Source: the human T2T-CHM13v2.0 reference genome, Homo sapiens
Assembly: GCA_009914755.4 (NCBI GenBank)
Contig: CP068257.2
Span: 12,256,001 to 12,320,000 of the forward strand
Length of the DNA stretch: 64,000 bases
Reading direction: 5' to 3'
This document shows, in pieces, positions 1-16,604 of the stretch (position 1 is its first letter; each line of letters begins with the position of its first letter). The position numbers were made by a program, and so were the translations under genes. The notes under the pieces were generated by a model that was given only the letters and a program-made list of their open reading frames with translations, did no database searches and was not told the DNA's origin.

Positions 1-385
1 CCTAAATTTAATTAATAAATTTTGGCAACATACTTCTCTTTGTTTCTCTAATTATTTGTTCCACACAGTCCAGCTCCATCTAAAATAAGTAAAAATAATA
101 ATAATGTTTAAGTTAAACAAGAAACATTATCATGAAAATAATGTATCATTTACAAAATGTGGCCTTTAGTATTTTTAGTGACTAGACATAACTTGAAGTT
201 TGCTTAAATAGAAAAATAATCACATAAATAAAGTAAAATTTCTACTTATTTTAAGTTTAGATAACAGAGGATGTATATGTGTAATGCTGTTTAGAGTAAT
301 CGGACAAAAATACAGTTAATATTGATCTATTGCATATACATGATTTTAGAAAGGTAGTGTTTTATTAGTACAAAGGTTAAACAAT

Positions 386-730
<345 letters not shown>

Positions 731-827
731 TTAGAAAACTCTGCCCTTTATAAAAGTTTAATCCATTTTTTACTTCAATAAATTTTATCTTAAAAAGAAA
801 TTTCTATTCTCTACTTATAGTAAACTT

Positions 828-2000
828 TTCTTTCTTTTTTTTTTTTTTTTTAGTTTATATTCTAAATTAAGGTGGTACCTCTGTAGGATTCTTCCAAAGG
901 CATATTGAGGGATGCCGAGGTTTGCAGTACAGTTGAACCCATCACACAGGTAGTGAGCGTAGGACCCAGTAAGTAGTTTTTCAACCCTGGCCCACTCTGT
1001 CCCTCCCTGCTCTTATTTCCTAGTGTCTATTATTCCCATGTTTATGACAATGTGCACCCAATGTGTAGCTTCCACATGAGTGAAAACATGAGATACTTGG
1101 TTTCTGTTTCTGCATTGGTTTGCTTAGGAGAGTGGATTCCAGCTGTATCCATGTTGCTGCAAATGATGTCACTTTGTTCTTTTTATGGCTGCTTAGTATT
1201 CCATGGTATATATGGAATTTTCCAATCTACCTTGGATTTTCAATCTACCTTGGATGCACCTGGATTGACTCCATGTCTTTGCTATTGTGAATAGTGCTGC
1301 AATGAACATACATGTGCATGCATCTTTTTGTTACAATGATTTATTGTCCTTTCAGTATAACCTTAGTATAGTAATGGGGTTGCTGCATCCAATGGTCATT
1401 CTTAGTTCTTAATTTCCAAACTGCTGTCCATAGTAGCAGAATTAATTTGCATTGCCACAAACGGTGTGTGTTCCCTTTTCTCCACAGCCTCCCCAACATC
1501 TTTTATTTATTTATTTATTTATTTTACTTTTTAACAAAAGTCATTCTGACTGGTGTGAAATGGTATCTCACTGATGTTTTGTTTGGCATTTTTCTGATTA
1601 GCAATGGTAAGCATTTGTTAATGTTTGTTGGCCACTTACATGTGTTATTTTGAGAAGAGTCTGTTCATGTCCTTTGCCCATTTTTAATGGTGTTATTTAT
1701 TTTTTGCTTGTTGATTTGTTTAGGTCTCTTATAGATTCTGGATAATAGGATAATATGCATTTGCTATACCCATAGTTTGTGAATATTTTCTTCCATTCTT
1801 TAGGCTGTCTGTTTAATCCCGTGATAGTTTCTCGTGCTGTGCAGCTCTTTAGCTAAATTAGATCACACTTGTCAATTTTTGTTATTCTTGCAATTGCTTT
1901 TGAGGACTTAGCCATAAATTGACAAATATGATGTCTAGAAGAGTATTTCCTAGGTTTTCTTCCAGGATTTTTATAGCCAGAAGATGTACTCTTATGTAAG
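828..2000 (-). mobile_element. L1 3' end (older primate L1, antisense), ORF2 C-terminus plus 3'UTR with poly-T at 828-852
   Basis: The + strand reads as the reverse complement of L1 ORF2 3' sequences, for example TTTTATGGCTGCTTAGTATTCCATGGTATATATG and TGCTATTGTGAATAGTGCTGCAATGAACATACATGTGCATG. A poly-T run of >20 nt marks the element's 3' end. Confidence 0.75.
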
Positions 2001-2013
2001 AAAAGCACAAGCC

Positions 2014-2313
2014 TTTTTTTTTTTTTTTTTTTTTTTGAGACGGAGTCTCCATCACCCAGGCTATAGTGCAGTGGTATGATCTTGGCTTACTGCAACCTCT
2101 GTCTCCTGGGTTCAAGTGATTCTCCTGCCTCAGCCTCCTGAGTATCTGAGATTACACATGCCTGCCAACATGCCTTGCTAATTTTTGTATTTTTACTAGA
2201 GACAGGTTTCATCATGTTGACCAGGCTGATCTCAAACTCCTGACCTCAGGTGATTCACCTGCCTTGGCCTCCCCAAATTTTGGGATTACAAGTGTGAGCC
2301 ACCACGCCTGGCC
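2014..2313 (-). mobile_element. Alu (antisense)
   Basis: A poly-T run followed by GAGACGGAGTCTCCATCACCCAGGCT ... GGATTACAAGTGTGAGCCACCACGCCTGGCC, the reverse complement of the Alu consensus. Confidence 0.9.
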
Positions 2314-2496
2314 AAGCACAAAGCTTTTAACATAAAAATGGAAATGAACATTTTAGTGTTTGGTTTAATTCATAAAATGCAATTATTTTGGATTCTCCTA
2401 AATAATAAACATCCATATGTGGTAAAGTGTTTGGATGCCAATCATTCAGTTGTGATTATGGGTGGGAAGAGTTGAGATGGTGCAAATAAACTTTTT

Positions 2497-2803
2497 TCTA
2501 ATTTTTTATTTTCAAGACGGAGTCTTTCCCTGTTACCCAGGCTGGAGTGCAGTGGTGCAATCTCAGCTCCTGCAACCTCTGTCTCCCAGGTTCAAGCAAT
2601 TCTCTGCCTCAGCCTTCCTAGTAGCTGGGATTACAGGTGCCCGCCACCACACCTGGCTTTTTTTTTTTTTTTTTGTACTTTTAGTAGAGACGGGGTTTCA
2701 CCATCTTGGCCAGGCTGGTCTCGAACTTCTGACCTCGTGACATTCCTGCCTCGGCCTCCCAAAGTGCTGGGATTACAGGCATGAGCCACCGCACCTGCCT
2801 GGT
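2497..2803 (-). mobile_element. Alu (antisense)
   Basis: TTTTCAAGACGGAGTCTTTCCCTGTTACCCAGGCTGGAGTGCAGTGG ... GGGATTACAGGCATGAGCCACCGCACCTGCC. Confidence 0.9.
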
Positions 2804-2827
2804 GCAAAGAAACTTTAAAAGTGACAA

Positions 2828-3142
<315 letters not shown>

Positions 3143-3279
3143 CTAAACTACAATCAATTAGAGAGTAAGCCAAAGTATCTCAAAGTATATCATCAGTTAT
3201 AAGGCAATAACATGCAATTTCTAAAACCTAACTTAAATGCAGCTTTTAAAGACATTTTAAACATGTCAGTTTAGTCACA

Positions 3280-3285
3280 TTTATT
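3280..3285 (-). promoter_or_regulatory. Candidate poly(A) signal AATAAA of the minus-strand ANKRD26-family gene
   Basis: + strand TTTATT at 3280-3285 is AATAAA on the minus strand. It lies about 190 nt downstream of the stop at 3472-3474. No further coding-like sequence is seen below it. Confidence 0.4.
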
Positions 3286-3471
3286 GAATAAAGTTAGCAA
3301 ATGGATATCTCTCAAAAATGAGAGCTCCAGGGAATTAAAAAATGTAAAGTTCCCATTTCCTTTCTGTGTTAACACAGCTAATTATGATCTTTACTTAACA
3401 TGCATAAGTCAACAGAACAACTCAGTATTTCACCAAATTAAAAACAAGAATTACGCTAGAGAAATGAAACC

Positions 3472-3792
<321 letters not shown>

Positions 3793-5060
3793 TTAAAAAC
3801 TTGCCCTGAGAGTAAACCAAATTACCCACTAAACAGTGTTTTCACACTGAAGATGTGTGAGAGCATACCTATTGTAAGGAATTATACTTTTAAAATCACT
3901 CTAAAGAAGCACCTGTGTTTCTAAGGTGATTTATACTGAAGAAGCAGCTCAAACAAAGTAGACAGGGAAGAGAAATGGCTACCAGTGATGTATGGCTCAA
4001 CGGGTAAAACTTGCTGCCTTCTAAAATGGCTCTACTTGTAAGATTCTGAAGATTCCACTTGAAATACTTGTATTTAAAGGGTAACAACATGGGAAAAGGA
4101 ATATGTTGATTTGCTTGATTATAAGAACCACTTCACTAGAAATAATTATATCAAAACATCATGTTGTGCTCCTTAATGTAGGTTAAGAAAACTAAAATGA
4201 ACAAAAAAAATCTAGGAATACTTGTGTTTAGTAAACCAGTTTCAGGTTTCACGCTTGTACATTTCACCAATTATCTAGGACCAATTAAACATTTGGTAAT
4301 GAGGAATAATTCAGAGCAACAACTCCTAGGGGAGAACTAGATTGTTTGGTTGTTGATCAAAAAGAACTAAAGCATCTCTGAAGGCAATTAGCCCCCAGCA
4401 CTGTGACCAAGGCACTGGAGGTGGGGCTTGTTCTTTTTGCCTTCCACACACCCCTTCAGACTGAACAAGGTGTTATTTTTTAACCGCTTTGTGAATTACA
4501 CTTCTTTAAATTCCTGTGATAATTATTCCCTATTTCATAAGGATGCCTTTCTATAACATCTTGAATATGTTACACAGGTAGTCTTTCTTGAGGCACCCTC
4601 TAGTCATAATACTAAAGATCACAATCAAAAATGATTGTGCCCAGAGTAGCAGTACCACTTGACACTTTGGGTTTAGGTCGTGATCTACTGAAAAATAAAC
4701 TCATTAATATTACTATTTAGGGAAATTCTGACAAGTAATTTAAAACAAGATCACTTTATTAATTATAAAGCTTCAAAAATACTTAGTAAAAAAACTTACA
4801 GATTAACTACAAGAGACTTTTCAGGAGAAAAAAGCCATACAAAAGCAAAAAAAAAAAAAAAAAAATGAGAGGAGAGAGAGAAACTATCCTTGAATAACAT
4901 TTTAAAGGTAAGATTACTTACTAACATTATTTTCCAAAATTACGTTGTCAAATTAGCATTGACTTCCTACTAATATCCTGAAGCCATCTCACTAAAAATT
5001 ATGCTTTCAAAACAAATTAATGAGCTGAATTCATTTTCTATAAGTGTATGTTTGGACTTA

Positions 5061-5267
<207 letters not shown>

Positions 5268-5763
5268 TTATTTCTAAAACAAATGAAAAGAATATATTTT
5301 TAAAACAATTATAACCTAATTATTATATGTTTGTTGCCTTTCATTTTGAGCCAGTGATTCAAGAGCAATTTTGAATATGTTAAAAAAAGAGGCTGAAGCT
5401 TAAAATGTTTATCAGCAGTATCAAAACTAATAACTGAATTCAGAATCAAGTCTGATTTATAAAAATTTGAAACCATAATTATGTTAGTATTAATGTAATC
5501 TGGTCATATAAAAAGCAATAGAATCCATTCATAATTTTAAAAAGTGATCAATGAACAAAGTAGCTTAAGACCAATTCAAAAGTATCACATAATTTCTAAA
5601 TCACAACTTTTTCTTATGCCAACTGGTCTTAATCATCAAATGACTCCATAGTAAGAATCATTACTCTGAAAGATTGATTTTGTTATAATAATGGAAATTT
5701 AAATATTTAAAAGAAAAAACAGATGCCATTTTTTTTTCTAAAACTCTACAAAGCAAATTGCTA

Positions 5764-6249
<486 letters not shown>

Positions 6250-6600
6250 CTATTATCTGTAGTGCAGTAGATTCTTCAAATGTGAACCCTTAAATTACTC
6301 AGAATTTTAAGAACAAAGTTAAAGCTACCATGAGTCACAAAAATACATTATTTAACTATCATCATCTTTGTCACAGAACTTTTGCACTTCATCTTACTTT
6401 TATTTTTCTGATAATTTATTTTTGTTCCTCCTTAAGTAGCACTAAGCTATCTCTTAGTAAAAGGTGTCTATCCCCCTTCCCTCATTATCATTCCCCATAA
6501 TATGTCAAAAAAAGTTTCAGAAATATCACACTGAGTTATTTAGGCCAAAGTCAATAAATGGCTCTAGGAATAAGACTTTGAAAATAATATAACACTCTAT

Positions 6601-6900
6601 ACTAGGCATGGTGGGTCATGCCTGTAATCCTAGCACTTTAAAAAGCTGTGGCAGAAAGATTACTTGAGGCCAGGAATTTGAGATCAGCCAGAGGAACATA
6701 GTGAGGCCCCCATCTCTACAAAAAAAAGTGTTTTTTAAATTAGCCAGGCATGGTGGCTCATGTCTGTAGACCCAGCTATTTGGGAGACCGAGGCAAAAGG
6801 ATGGTTTGTACCCAGAGTTCAGGGCTGCAGTGAATTATGACCACATCACTGCCCTTCTGCCTGGATGACAGACAAAGACCCTATCTCAAAAAACACAAAA
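6601..6900 (+). mobile_element. Alu (older, AluJ-like, sense)
   Basis: GGCATGGTGGGTCATGCCTGTAATCCTAGCACTTT ... GCCAGGCATGGTGGCTCATGTCTGTAGACCCAGCTATTTGGGAGACCGAGGCAAAAGGAT ... CCTATCTCAAAAAACAC. Diverged from the consensus. Confidence 0.8.
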
Positions 6901-6999
6901 TAATGAATCCTGTAAATAAGTATTCTGATGCCATAAGCCTTTCCTTAAACTGCAAATGTTTCATGCTAATTTGAGTTGCATTTTAAGAAGTAATGATTC

Positions 7000-8720
7000 T
7001 TGGGGTAAAGGTCACAGAATACAGCACCCAGAAATAAATCCACATATTTCCAGCCAAGTGATTTTGGATGAACATGCCAAGAACATACACTGGGGAAAGG
7101 ACAGCCTCTTCAAATGAATGGCACTGGGAAAACTAAATATCCATATGGAGAAGAATGATACTAGCTTCCTATGTAACACCATATAACAACATAAACTCAG
7201 AATCAATTGAAGACTGAAATGTAAGGCCCAAAATTATCAAACTACTATAAGTAAACATAGGGAAAATTCTTGAGGACAGTCTGCACAAAGATTTTTATGG
7301 GTAAGATATCAGAAGCATAGGCAAAAAACAAATGATAGACAAATGGTACTACATTAACCTAAAAAGCTTCTGTCCAGCTAACAACTGAGTGAAGAGAAAA
7401 CTTGTAGAATGGGAGAAAATATCATCAAGCTATTAATCTAATAAGGGACTAATATCCAAAATGTACAAGAAATTCAAACAACTTGACAGTAAAAAAAATC
7501 TGAGTTCAAAATTGGGCAAAATATCTAACTATACTTTTTTTTAGAAAAAAGAAATACAAATAGCCAATAAATAAATTTAACAATGTTCATTATCACTAAT
7601 CCTCAGAGAAATACAAATCAAATCTACAATATGATATAATCTTGCTTCAATTTGAATAAATTATCATCATGGAAAAGATAAAAAAAAAATGCTGGTGAGG
7701 TTCCAGAGAACAGTAAACTCTTATGTGCTGTTGGTGGGAAGGTAAATTAGTGCAGCCACTATATAAAACAACATGAGGTTTCCTCAAAAAATTAATAATG
7801 GAACTGCCGAGGGATCCAGCAAGCCCACTACTGGGTATTCAGGCAATAGAAAGAAAACAATAGATCAAAAGGATGCCTGTCCTCATATGTTTATTGTAGC
7901 ACTAGTCACTACGGCTAATGTATGGAATCAACCTACATATCCATCACCAAAAGAAAAGACAAAAAACTGTGGCACACATACACAATGGAATACTATTCAC
8001 CGTATAAAGGAATTAAATCCTGTTATCGTGGCCACGTGGATCAGTCTGGAGGATGTTATGTTAAGTGCAGACACAGAAAGATAAATACTGCACATTCTCA
8101 CTCCTGTGTGGGAGCTAAAGAAAAATTGAGGGCTGGGCAACATGGCTGATGCCTGTAATTTCCTAGCACTTAGAAAGACAAAGGCAGGAGAGTCACTTGA
8201 GGCCAAAAGTTCCAGAGCACCTGGGCAGCATAGGGAGATATTTCTATAAAGTCAAAAATCAGATGGGTGCAAGGGTGCATGCTCATAATCCTAGCTTCTC
8301 AGGAGGCTGAGGTGTGAGGATCACATGAGCCCAAGAGTTGGGGGCTGCAGTGAACTACGATCAAACTACTGTCTCCCATCTGGGTGACTACAGTTGCCCA
8401 GAGCCCAGACTACACTAGCAAGACCCTGTCTCTTAACAACAACAAAAATCTCAAAGAAGTAGGGGAAGGTAGGTTGGTTAATGGATATAGAATTACAGTT
8501 AGATAAGAAGAATGAGTTCTGGTGTTCTGTGGCATTGTAGGGTGAATATGGTTAACTATGATTTATTGTATATTTTTTAAAAGCCAGAAGATTGTGAATG
8601 TTCACAATTCAAAGAAATGAAAAATGGTTGAAGTAGTAAATGTGCTAGTTAGCTTGATCATTACACCCTATTTACATGTATCAGAATATCACTCTATAAC
8701 CCATAATTATGTATATATGT
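7000..8720 (+). mobile_element. L1 (older L1P/L1M) ORF2 3' part plus 3'UTR, sense, interrupted by an Alu at 8130-8450
   Basis: L1 ORF2-derived stretches appear, for example the ..ILARQ..KQPKCPS-type region. Motifs include TGGTGAGGTTCCAGAGAACAGTAAACTCTTATGTGCTGTTGGTGGGAAGGTAAATTAGTGCAGCCACTAT and ATCCAGCAAGCCCACTACTGGGTATTCAGGC, followed by a 3'UTR ending near 8720. Confidence 0.75.
8130..8450 (+). mobile_element. Alu (AluJ-like, sense) nested inside the L1
   Basis: GGGCTGGGCAACATGGCTGATGCCTGTAATTTCCTAGCACTTAG ... GGAGGCTGAGGTGTGAGGATCACATGAGCCCAAGAGTTGGGGGCTGCAGTGAACTACGATCAAACTACTG ... GACCCTGTCTCTTAACAACAACAAAAATC. Confidence 0.8.
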
Positions 8721-8799
8721 GTCAATTAAAACAAAAGAGAAGTTACATTGATCCCATTTAAAAAAACAGAATATGGGCCAACCTTACTGACTTCCTCCT

Positions 8800-9125
8800 A
8801 ATGAATAGAATGCAGTAAAAGGGATACCATGCGGCTTACCTATCTCAGACTGTTTTCCCTTGGAACCCAGCCCCCAGATTGTGAGAGCACTCAGGCCACA
8901 AAGAGAACCTGGCAGTGCCAGTGTCAGTGTTCATGCTGCCTGTCCCAACCAAGGTTCCAGCCAATGGCCAGCATCAACCATCAAACATGTGGGCGAGCAA
9001 TGCTTCAGAGGATTCCATTTCCCCAACTGATAGCTGTTCCTAGGGAAGCTGAGGGGAGTAGAGACGATCTGTCCTGGCCAAGCTTTTTCCAAACCACAGG
9101 TTCATTAACAAAATAAATATTTTTC
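8800..9125 (+). mobile_element. MaLR-type LTR (MLT1/MST/THE1-like solo LTR)
   Basis: The 3' end AAATAAATATTTTTCTTTTAAGCCACAAAACTCTGGGTAATCGTT resembles the MaLR LTR terminus (..AAATAAATTTCTGTTGTTTAAGCCACCCAGTCTATGGTATTTTGTT). This is a family-level call only. Confidence 0.5.
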
Positions 9126-10439
9126 TTTTAAGCCACAAAACTCTGGGTAATCGTTAGAAAAATAAGTTTTAAAAAGAGACAACAGGAAACATAACTTATG
9201 CAGCAGAAAAGAGTCTCCTTTAAAGTAGGATCTAACACATGTTGAGGTTAATTTATTGATGGCAAACATTATTGAGAAGCAGCAGATAACCAGGACAGAG
9301 ACATAAGCTGCTGAGGAGGAACTTTTCCTAAAACTCCTTCAATTATGAACTCTGATAACAAGGCAAGGGTGTCTCCTTACAGTTTCCCCTCAAGTTAGGA
9401 AATAAGACTGGGAAGCAAGAAGAAGACATATGGTATGAAAAAAAACTAGAAATACTTGGTTACACAATCAAAATCAGACATTTACCTGATTTGAATTAAC
9501 TAAAATTCTAAAAGATAAGCTTTCAGTATTTATTAATCAATCTAGTATTTAATTTTTATTTTCCTTTTCTCAATGAGGAAATAAGGAGAACATTATGAAA
9601 TGATTTTTAGTCTTCACAGAAGTAAAATAAACATAGTGTGCTTTGAGTGTTAAGCAATCAAATGCAATTTCTCCTTTACCTTACTTCAAGCTTGTTTGTT
9701 TGGAGAAGTTAAGACCATCCCATCTCTATGCTATACCACAAGACTTCTCTATAGCACACAACTTGGCTCTGAAATTTTGAAAGTCAAAATACTAATCTAC
9801 TATGTGTCTCTGATAAATTGCCTGAACATTACCTGATTTTGAAGTGCTGCACTCCTAAGACCTTTTCTTGGAATGAGTCAAACTTTATATTCCAAGAATC
9901 CTCTACTGAGCTAGAAAGCAGAGCTGTGCATCTCTGTTTCAGTAAAAGGTGGTCAATACAGCTAACTGTGGTTTCTGAGAATGCAAGATCTGCACCAAGA
10001 AAAGGATTAGCCACAGTGCTACCCAAGAGAACCAGCTACCAGGTGGAAAGAGGATCTGTGAACTGCAAGATGATGACTTCACTTGATTTTCACTGAGGAA
10101 AGCTGGCGGCTCAGACTTAAACTTCTCCTTCCTGGATGGTAAACATCTATGGAAGATTCTATGAATTATAATGAGTTAGGAAAACATAATGCACTAAATA
10201 TTAGACTATCTCAGCAGATCCTGTGACCAAAACTTACTGAAAACAAAACTATAGCAGGAGGCAATGGAAAAGAGACTAAAGATTTGAATGGAGAAAAAAG
10301 AAATAAAGTGTGTCTTATAGGCCTGGCTTCCCATCATGTCTTAGAGTAAGTAAGGTATAAGCTGGCCCAGAGACTCCTTTGAGACACAAAAGGTGAAATT
10401 AAAGATATTCCACTAAATTTAATTTTTATTACGACATAA

Positions 10440-12305
10440 GACAACTGGTAATATGCAACATGATTGAAAAAAACTTCTTAGTAAATTCATTTTGGCCTTG
10501 GCATAATAATAGACATAAACAAAGTAAGAATTGATAATCTAAAAATAAACTTGTGCATTTACAGTCAATTGATTTTATATAAAGTTAACAAAAGAACAAA
10601 ATCGGAAAAGAATAGTCTTTTCAACAAATGGTGCTGGGACAACTGGGTATCCATATGCAAAAAATAAATAAATTAGGACCAAATATCTTTTTTAAAAATT
10701 AACTCAAAATAAAACAGTTAACTGTAACAGCTAAAACTATAAAACTCTCAGAAGAAAACACTGGCATAAATCTTTGTGACTGCATTTGGCAGTGTTTTCT
10801 TAGCCATGACCCCAAAGGAAAAATGGATTCAATGGACTTCAAAATTGAAAACTGCTGTGCCTGAGAAGACAGTATCAAGAAGTGAAAAGGCAAGACGCTA
10901 AGTAGAAGAAAGTATCTGAAAAGCATATACCTGATAAGCGACTTACATATATAGGATATGTAAAGAACCTTTGCAATTCATGAGTAACAAGATAATTCAA
11001 TTTGAAAAATGGGCAAAGATTTTGAATAGATGTATCTGCAAAGAAGATGTAAAGATGGATAATGAGCACATTAATAGATGCTTGATGTAATTAGTCATTA
11101 GGAAAATGTAAATCAAAACCACATGTGGTATCACTTCACACCACAGGATAAAATCTTTGTTCAATAAAAAAGAGAAAATAAGTGTTAGGAAAAATGTAAA
11201 GAAATCAAAACCCTTATCCAATGCTGCTGGGGATGTAAAGTGATGCAGCCGCTTTGGAAAACAAACTGGCAGCTCCTCAAAAGGTTAAGCATGAAGTTAC
11301 CCTACGACCCAGAAATTCCAGTCATAAGTATATACTCCAGAAAAATAAAAATCATGCAAGCACAAAAACTCATACATAAATGTTTACAGCAGCATTACTA
11401 ATATGAGTCAAAAAGTGGAAAGAACCAGAACGTCCATCACCTTTGGGTGGGAAAGAACCCAAAAGTCCATCACCTGGTGAATGGATAAATAAACTGTTTG
11501 ATGTATCCATACAATGGAATATCACTCAGCAATAAGAAGAAATTAAGTACTGATACTGTATTAGGAGGAGACAGCAAAATGCCTAGGCAGATATGGAAGG
11601 GTCCCTGGAGAATCTCCAACCAGCTCCACAAGTGTTTACACCAGATGTTAAGTGCAGATAAGGGAACCTGGACTTGTCTTGCCTGGACATGCCTGCAGCA
11701 GACCAGAGGCCCACATGCACTGGGGGGATGGGGTGGAGCCACCAGGAATTCATGCCTTATGCAGGGGAGGAGCCTGGCCGCTTCAGCTCATGTGCTCCTG
11801 GTATTCAATTGTGAGGTGGAAACCTGCTTGCAGGACCACTCTCTTTGCTGAGAGCTTTCCTTTCACTTAATAAATTCTGTCCTCCTCACCCTTCAATGTG
11901 TCTGCGTGCTTAATTTTTCCTGGTCATGAGAGAAGAACCCAGATGTAGCTGAACTAATGAGAAAAACCCCACATCAATACCTGCTACAGCACAGATGCAG
12001 CATGAAAAATTATGCTAAGTGAAATAAGCCAGTCACAGTAGACCACTTGCTTTTTATTTCAGAGGCTTATAGGCAAATGTATATAAAGGAGGTTGGTGGT
12101 TCCCTACGGCTGAGGGAGGAAGGGAAAACTAGTGAAGATGGCTAAGTGATGTGGGGTTTGTTTTCAGGGTGATGAAAACGTTCTAAAATTGATTGTAATG
12201 ATGACTGCATAACTCTCTGAAAATACTAAAGTCAATGACTCGTATATTTTAAATGAGTGACTTGCATGGTGTGTTCATTATTTCTCAATAAACCTGTTAC
12301 CCAGC
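10440..12305 (+). mobile_element. L1 (L1M/L1PB-like) ORF2 C-terminus plus 3'UTR, sense, with an LTR-like insertion at about 11575-11960
   Basis: CAACAAATGGTGCTGGGACAACTGGGTATCCATATGCAAAAAATAAA matches L1 ORF2 (FNKWCW.NW). The end GGGTGATGAAAACGTTCTAAAATTGATTGTAATGATGACTGCATAACTCTCTGAAAATACTAAAGTCA...CTCAATAAACCTGTTAC is an L1M-type 3' terminus. Confidence 0.75.
11575..11960 (+). mobile_element. Solo LTR-like element nested in the L1 (unclassified ERV LTR)
   Basis: It interrupts L1 colinearity. It contains CTTAATAAATTCTGTCCTCCTCACCCTTCAATGTGTCTGCGTGCTTAATTTTTCCTGGTCATGAGAGAAGAACCC, which looks like an LTR R/U5 region with a poly(A) signal. Confidence 0.35.
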
Positions 12306-12989
12306 CCCCCCAAATTAATTTGGTACTAGTGGTCTGGAGACAGGTACTGCTTGGTTTCAGATCACTGGCCAGAGTTAAAGACATAAGAGAATCAACAGCA
12401 TGTCCTTTTTATAGAAAAGAGGTTTATATTTTTAAAACTATCCTTTTCATTAGTATCAATTCTGTAAAATTAAATGAAAAATCTTTCTTTGACTGCTTAA
12501 AGCACTGAGAGATTTATATTGAGGAATAAGACCTTGTTTTCTTTGGCCCCAATTTCTATCTAAAGGGTCTGAGAATCACACACTTCAAACTATTAAATCT
12601 CATCAGATGGGTTTTATTAACTCTTATAATGTGGCTTACTTTCTCACCTGATTCTGGTACAGCATCACAGAGAGAAGAAGCTGAAGGAAATCAAAATATT
12701 TAACCCCCAAATATATTTTTCTGACATATTTTGAAATGGTTGCTGCAGGGCCAAGAGATTGAAATGGCCCTCATTAAGGTAGCCCAATCTCTTCCCTTCT
12801 AGGTCTTCCCACATCTGGGGAAGATGAACTAAGAGGCTGATGCATTTAAAGTCTGAAAAGATATATTTACCCTCTATTTTCTCAACATATTTTGGCAGAA
12901 TTTGGGTTTTTCTATTATCAATATGTTCCCAAATTATGTGATTTTTAATCCCAAAACTGATTTAAAATTACCATATGTTGGAATATAAG

Positions 12990-13634
<645 letters not shown>

Positions 13635-13845
13635 TCAAATATTTTTAAGAGTAAATATTTAATAATTGTTTAAACGATATTATGTTATAGCATATCAAAG
13701 AAACACATCTATAAACTATGATCCTTTCAGTTTCAACTAAGCATAGTTTGGAAGCACTCTATATGAAATTATAATCTTAGATAAATAATATGAAGAACAA
13801 TTTTATGGCATATATGGCAGGTAAAGTGGTATTACAACCATACAG

Positions 13846-14170
<325 letters not shown>

Positions 14171-15052
14171 TAACCGTACACTTTTTGTAAATAAACTATT
14201 CATATCCATGTTGGTATGCTAAGATAAAATAACCTATTACTAAATATAAGCCATAACCTAGAAATGAGTAACCAAGATAAAAAAGTAAAACACATACATT
14301 TGAGAAAGACAAAAAATTACATTTTGATACCCATTCACAGTCTATAAGAAGAAAAAAAAGTACACACAAAAAGCATCAAGGACATTATTCAATGTAGAAA
14401 AAGAGAAGACCAAGAAAGGGGCAGAGAGATGCGTGACGATTTAAAGACTTTGAAGAAGAGATCTAGAGATCTTTGCTGACATAATGTCAACAAAATGAAA
14501 GAGATACAAAACCATGTAGAGAAAGGCAATGACAGAAAAATGTAGATTAGAATCAGAAAACCAATTTAAGTGCTCAGTAAATAAATAGAAAAGTAGCTGT
14601 GTTCAGGGCTTCAAAGACACATTCCATTTTTTTTAAAAAAAATCTGTGATCAAAACATGAATGCTCATTTTACTTTTAAGTTATACATATATTTATATAT
14701 ATATGAAATTTATTTCTGTAAAACAGAAGTTTAATAACATGTATACTTCGTGTATACAACGGAGGTATCTGTGTAAAATGAGTAAATTTCCATGTTTTAT
14801 ATCTAAAAGAAAAAGAAGCAAAAACAAAATATAAGCTATATATCAAGATAAATTTTGATGTTAAAGAATGACACAATAGGTCTTCTTTAAAGAATTTGAA
14901 TGCAGTAGAGGATACTACAAAAGGAAGAAAAGATGACCACAGACAGCAAAAATATCTTCAGAAATAAAAATTCAAACTAGATAATGAAGAGTGGACTTGA
15001 CATTATATGTCCAAGGCTTTGTCATTGTTTTCAAAATCATTAAAGAATAAGC

Positions 15053-15350
15053 GGCTGGGCACGGTGGCTCATGCCACTTTGGGAGGCTGAGTCAGGCAGA
15101 TCACGAGGTCAGGAGTTTGAGACCAGCCTGACCAACTTTTCGAAACCTCCTCTCTACTAAAAAATACAAAAATTAGCCGGGTGTGGTTGCACATGCCTGC
15201 AATCCCAGCTACTCAGGAGGCTGAGGCAGGAGAATTGCTTGGAGGCATAGGTTGCAGTGAGCCAAGATGGAACCATTGAACTCCAGCCTGGGAGACAGAG
15301 GCACTGTCTCAAAAAAAAATAATAAATAAAAATAGAAATAAATAAATAAA
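15053..15350 (+). mobile_element. Alu (sense)
   Basis: GGCTGGGCACGGTGGCTCATGCCACTTTGGGAGGCTGAGTCAGGCAGATCACGAGGTCAGGAGTTTGAGACCAGCCTGACCAAC ... CTCCAGCCTGGGAGACAGAGGCACTGTCTCAAAAAAAAATAATAAATAAA. Confidence 0.9.
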
Positions 15351-15582
15351 TAAGTATAATATTTTGGCATTCAAAAAATTTTCAGATTATGTTGTTTCTC
15401 TTTTATACATATTTTAATACAAATTTTTTTATCCCAACCTTGCCCCAGCAGCTCAGCTGACTCCCAACCCCATGATGCACATGCCTATAAAGTTGTGTTG
15501 TGAGTTTCTGAAATACATTTTAAAATAGAATTCATTTAATTATGAAAATGGAGACATAAAATGAATTTGTATCTCAGTTTTA

Positions 15583-15816
<234 letters not shown>

Positions 15817-16604
15817 TTAAAAATATTATTTCTCATAAGTTGATGAGTAATATGTATTTAGGCAGGGGTATAAAGTGCATTTTATAAGCCTGATGCCAAT
15901 AAGGGCAGATTTCAGAAATAGTCACTTTTCTTAAAACTGCTAAAAATGATACATAATTTCATTATATTTTCTGAAATTTAAACTGCCGAAAATGTTTGTT
16001 ACAAACAAGGGTTTTTACACATAAAATACTAAGGGTTAGTAAAAAATGTGTAGTTATATTTACATTTTACTTTTTAAAGATGCTCTGGAAACATTGTCAT
16101 TAATAGTTTAAGATATTCCAAGTTTTCTTAAATTACATCTAAGAAGATTTTTAGAAAACTCTTATCTATTTTCCATTACATTTTTGATCCTCATCTGTCT
16201 TCAGGTTGAGCTAAATACTGTCATTCTCTGTAAGTATTCACCCACAGGTTTCAGTTTTTCCCTTTCTCTTAACCCTTTCTCTTTAAATAAAGTTTTTTTC
16301 TATAATAAACAAAAACACAACTTTTGTCTACTTTTTGTGGTTTTTCTATTATCCTGTTTCTCCCCTTCCATTGGACTCTGTGACACATGGTCTCATCCAG
16401 AAATCTATTTTTCATCACTTATTGTGTTTTTAATATGGAAATATGATTTTTAATAATTCCAATAAAAAAGTCCAAGGGTCATGAAGGACTTTATCCTGCT
16501 TTACTCAGCAGCAGCTGCGAGCAGTGACCAAATGTTCCCTCTGCTCCTCTGACCCCGCTTCATTTCTAAATGCAGCAACCTCTGTTCTTCAGTCCTATTC
16601 CTTT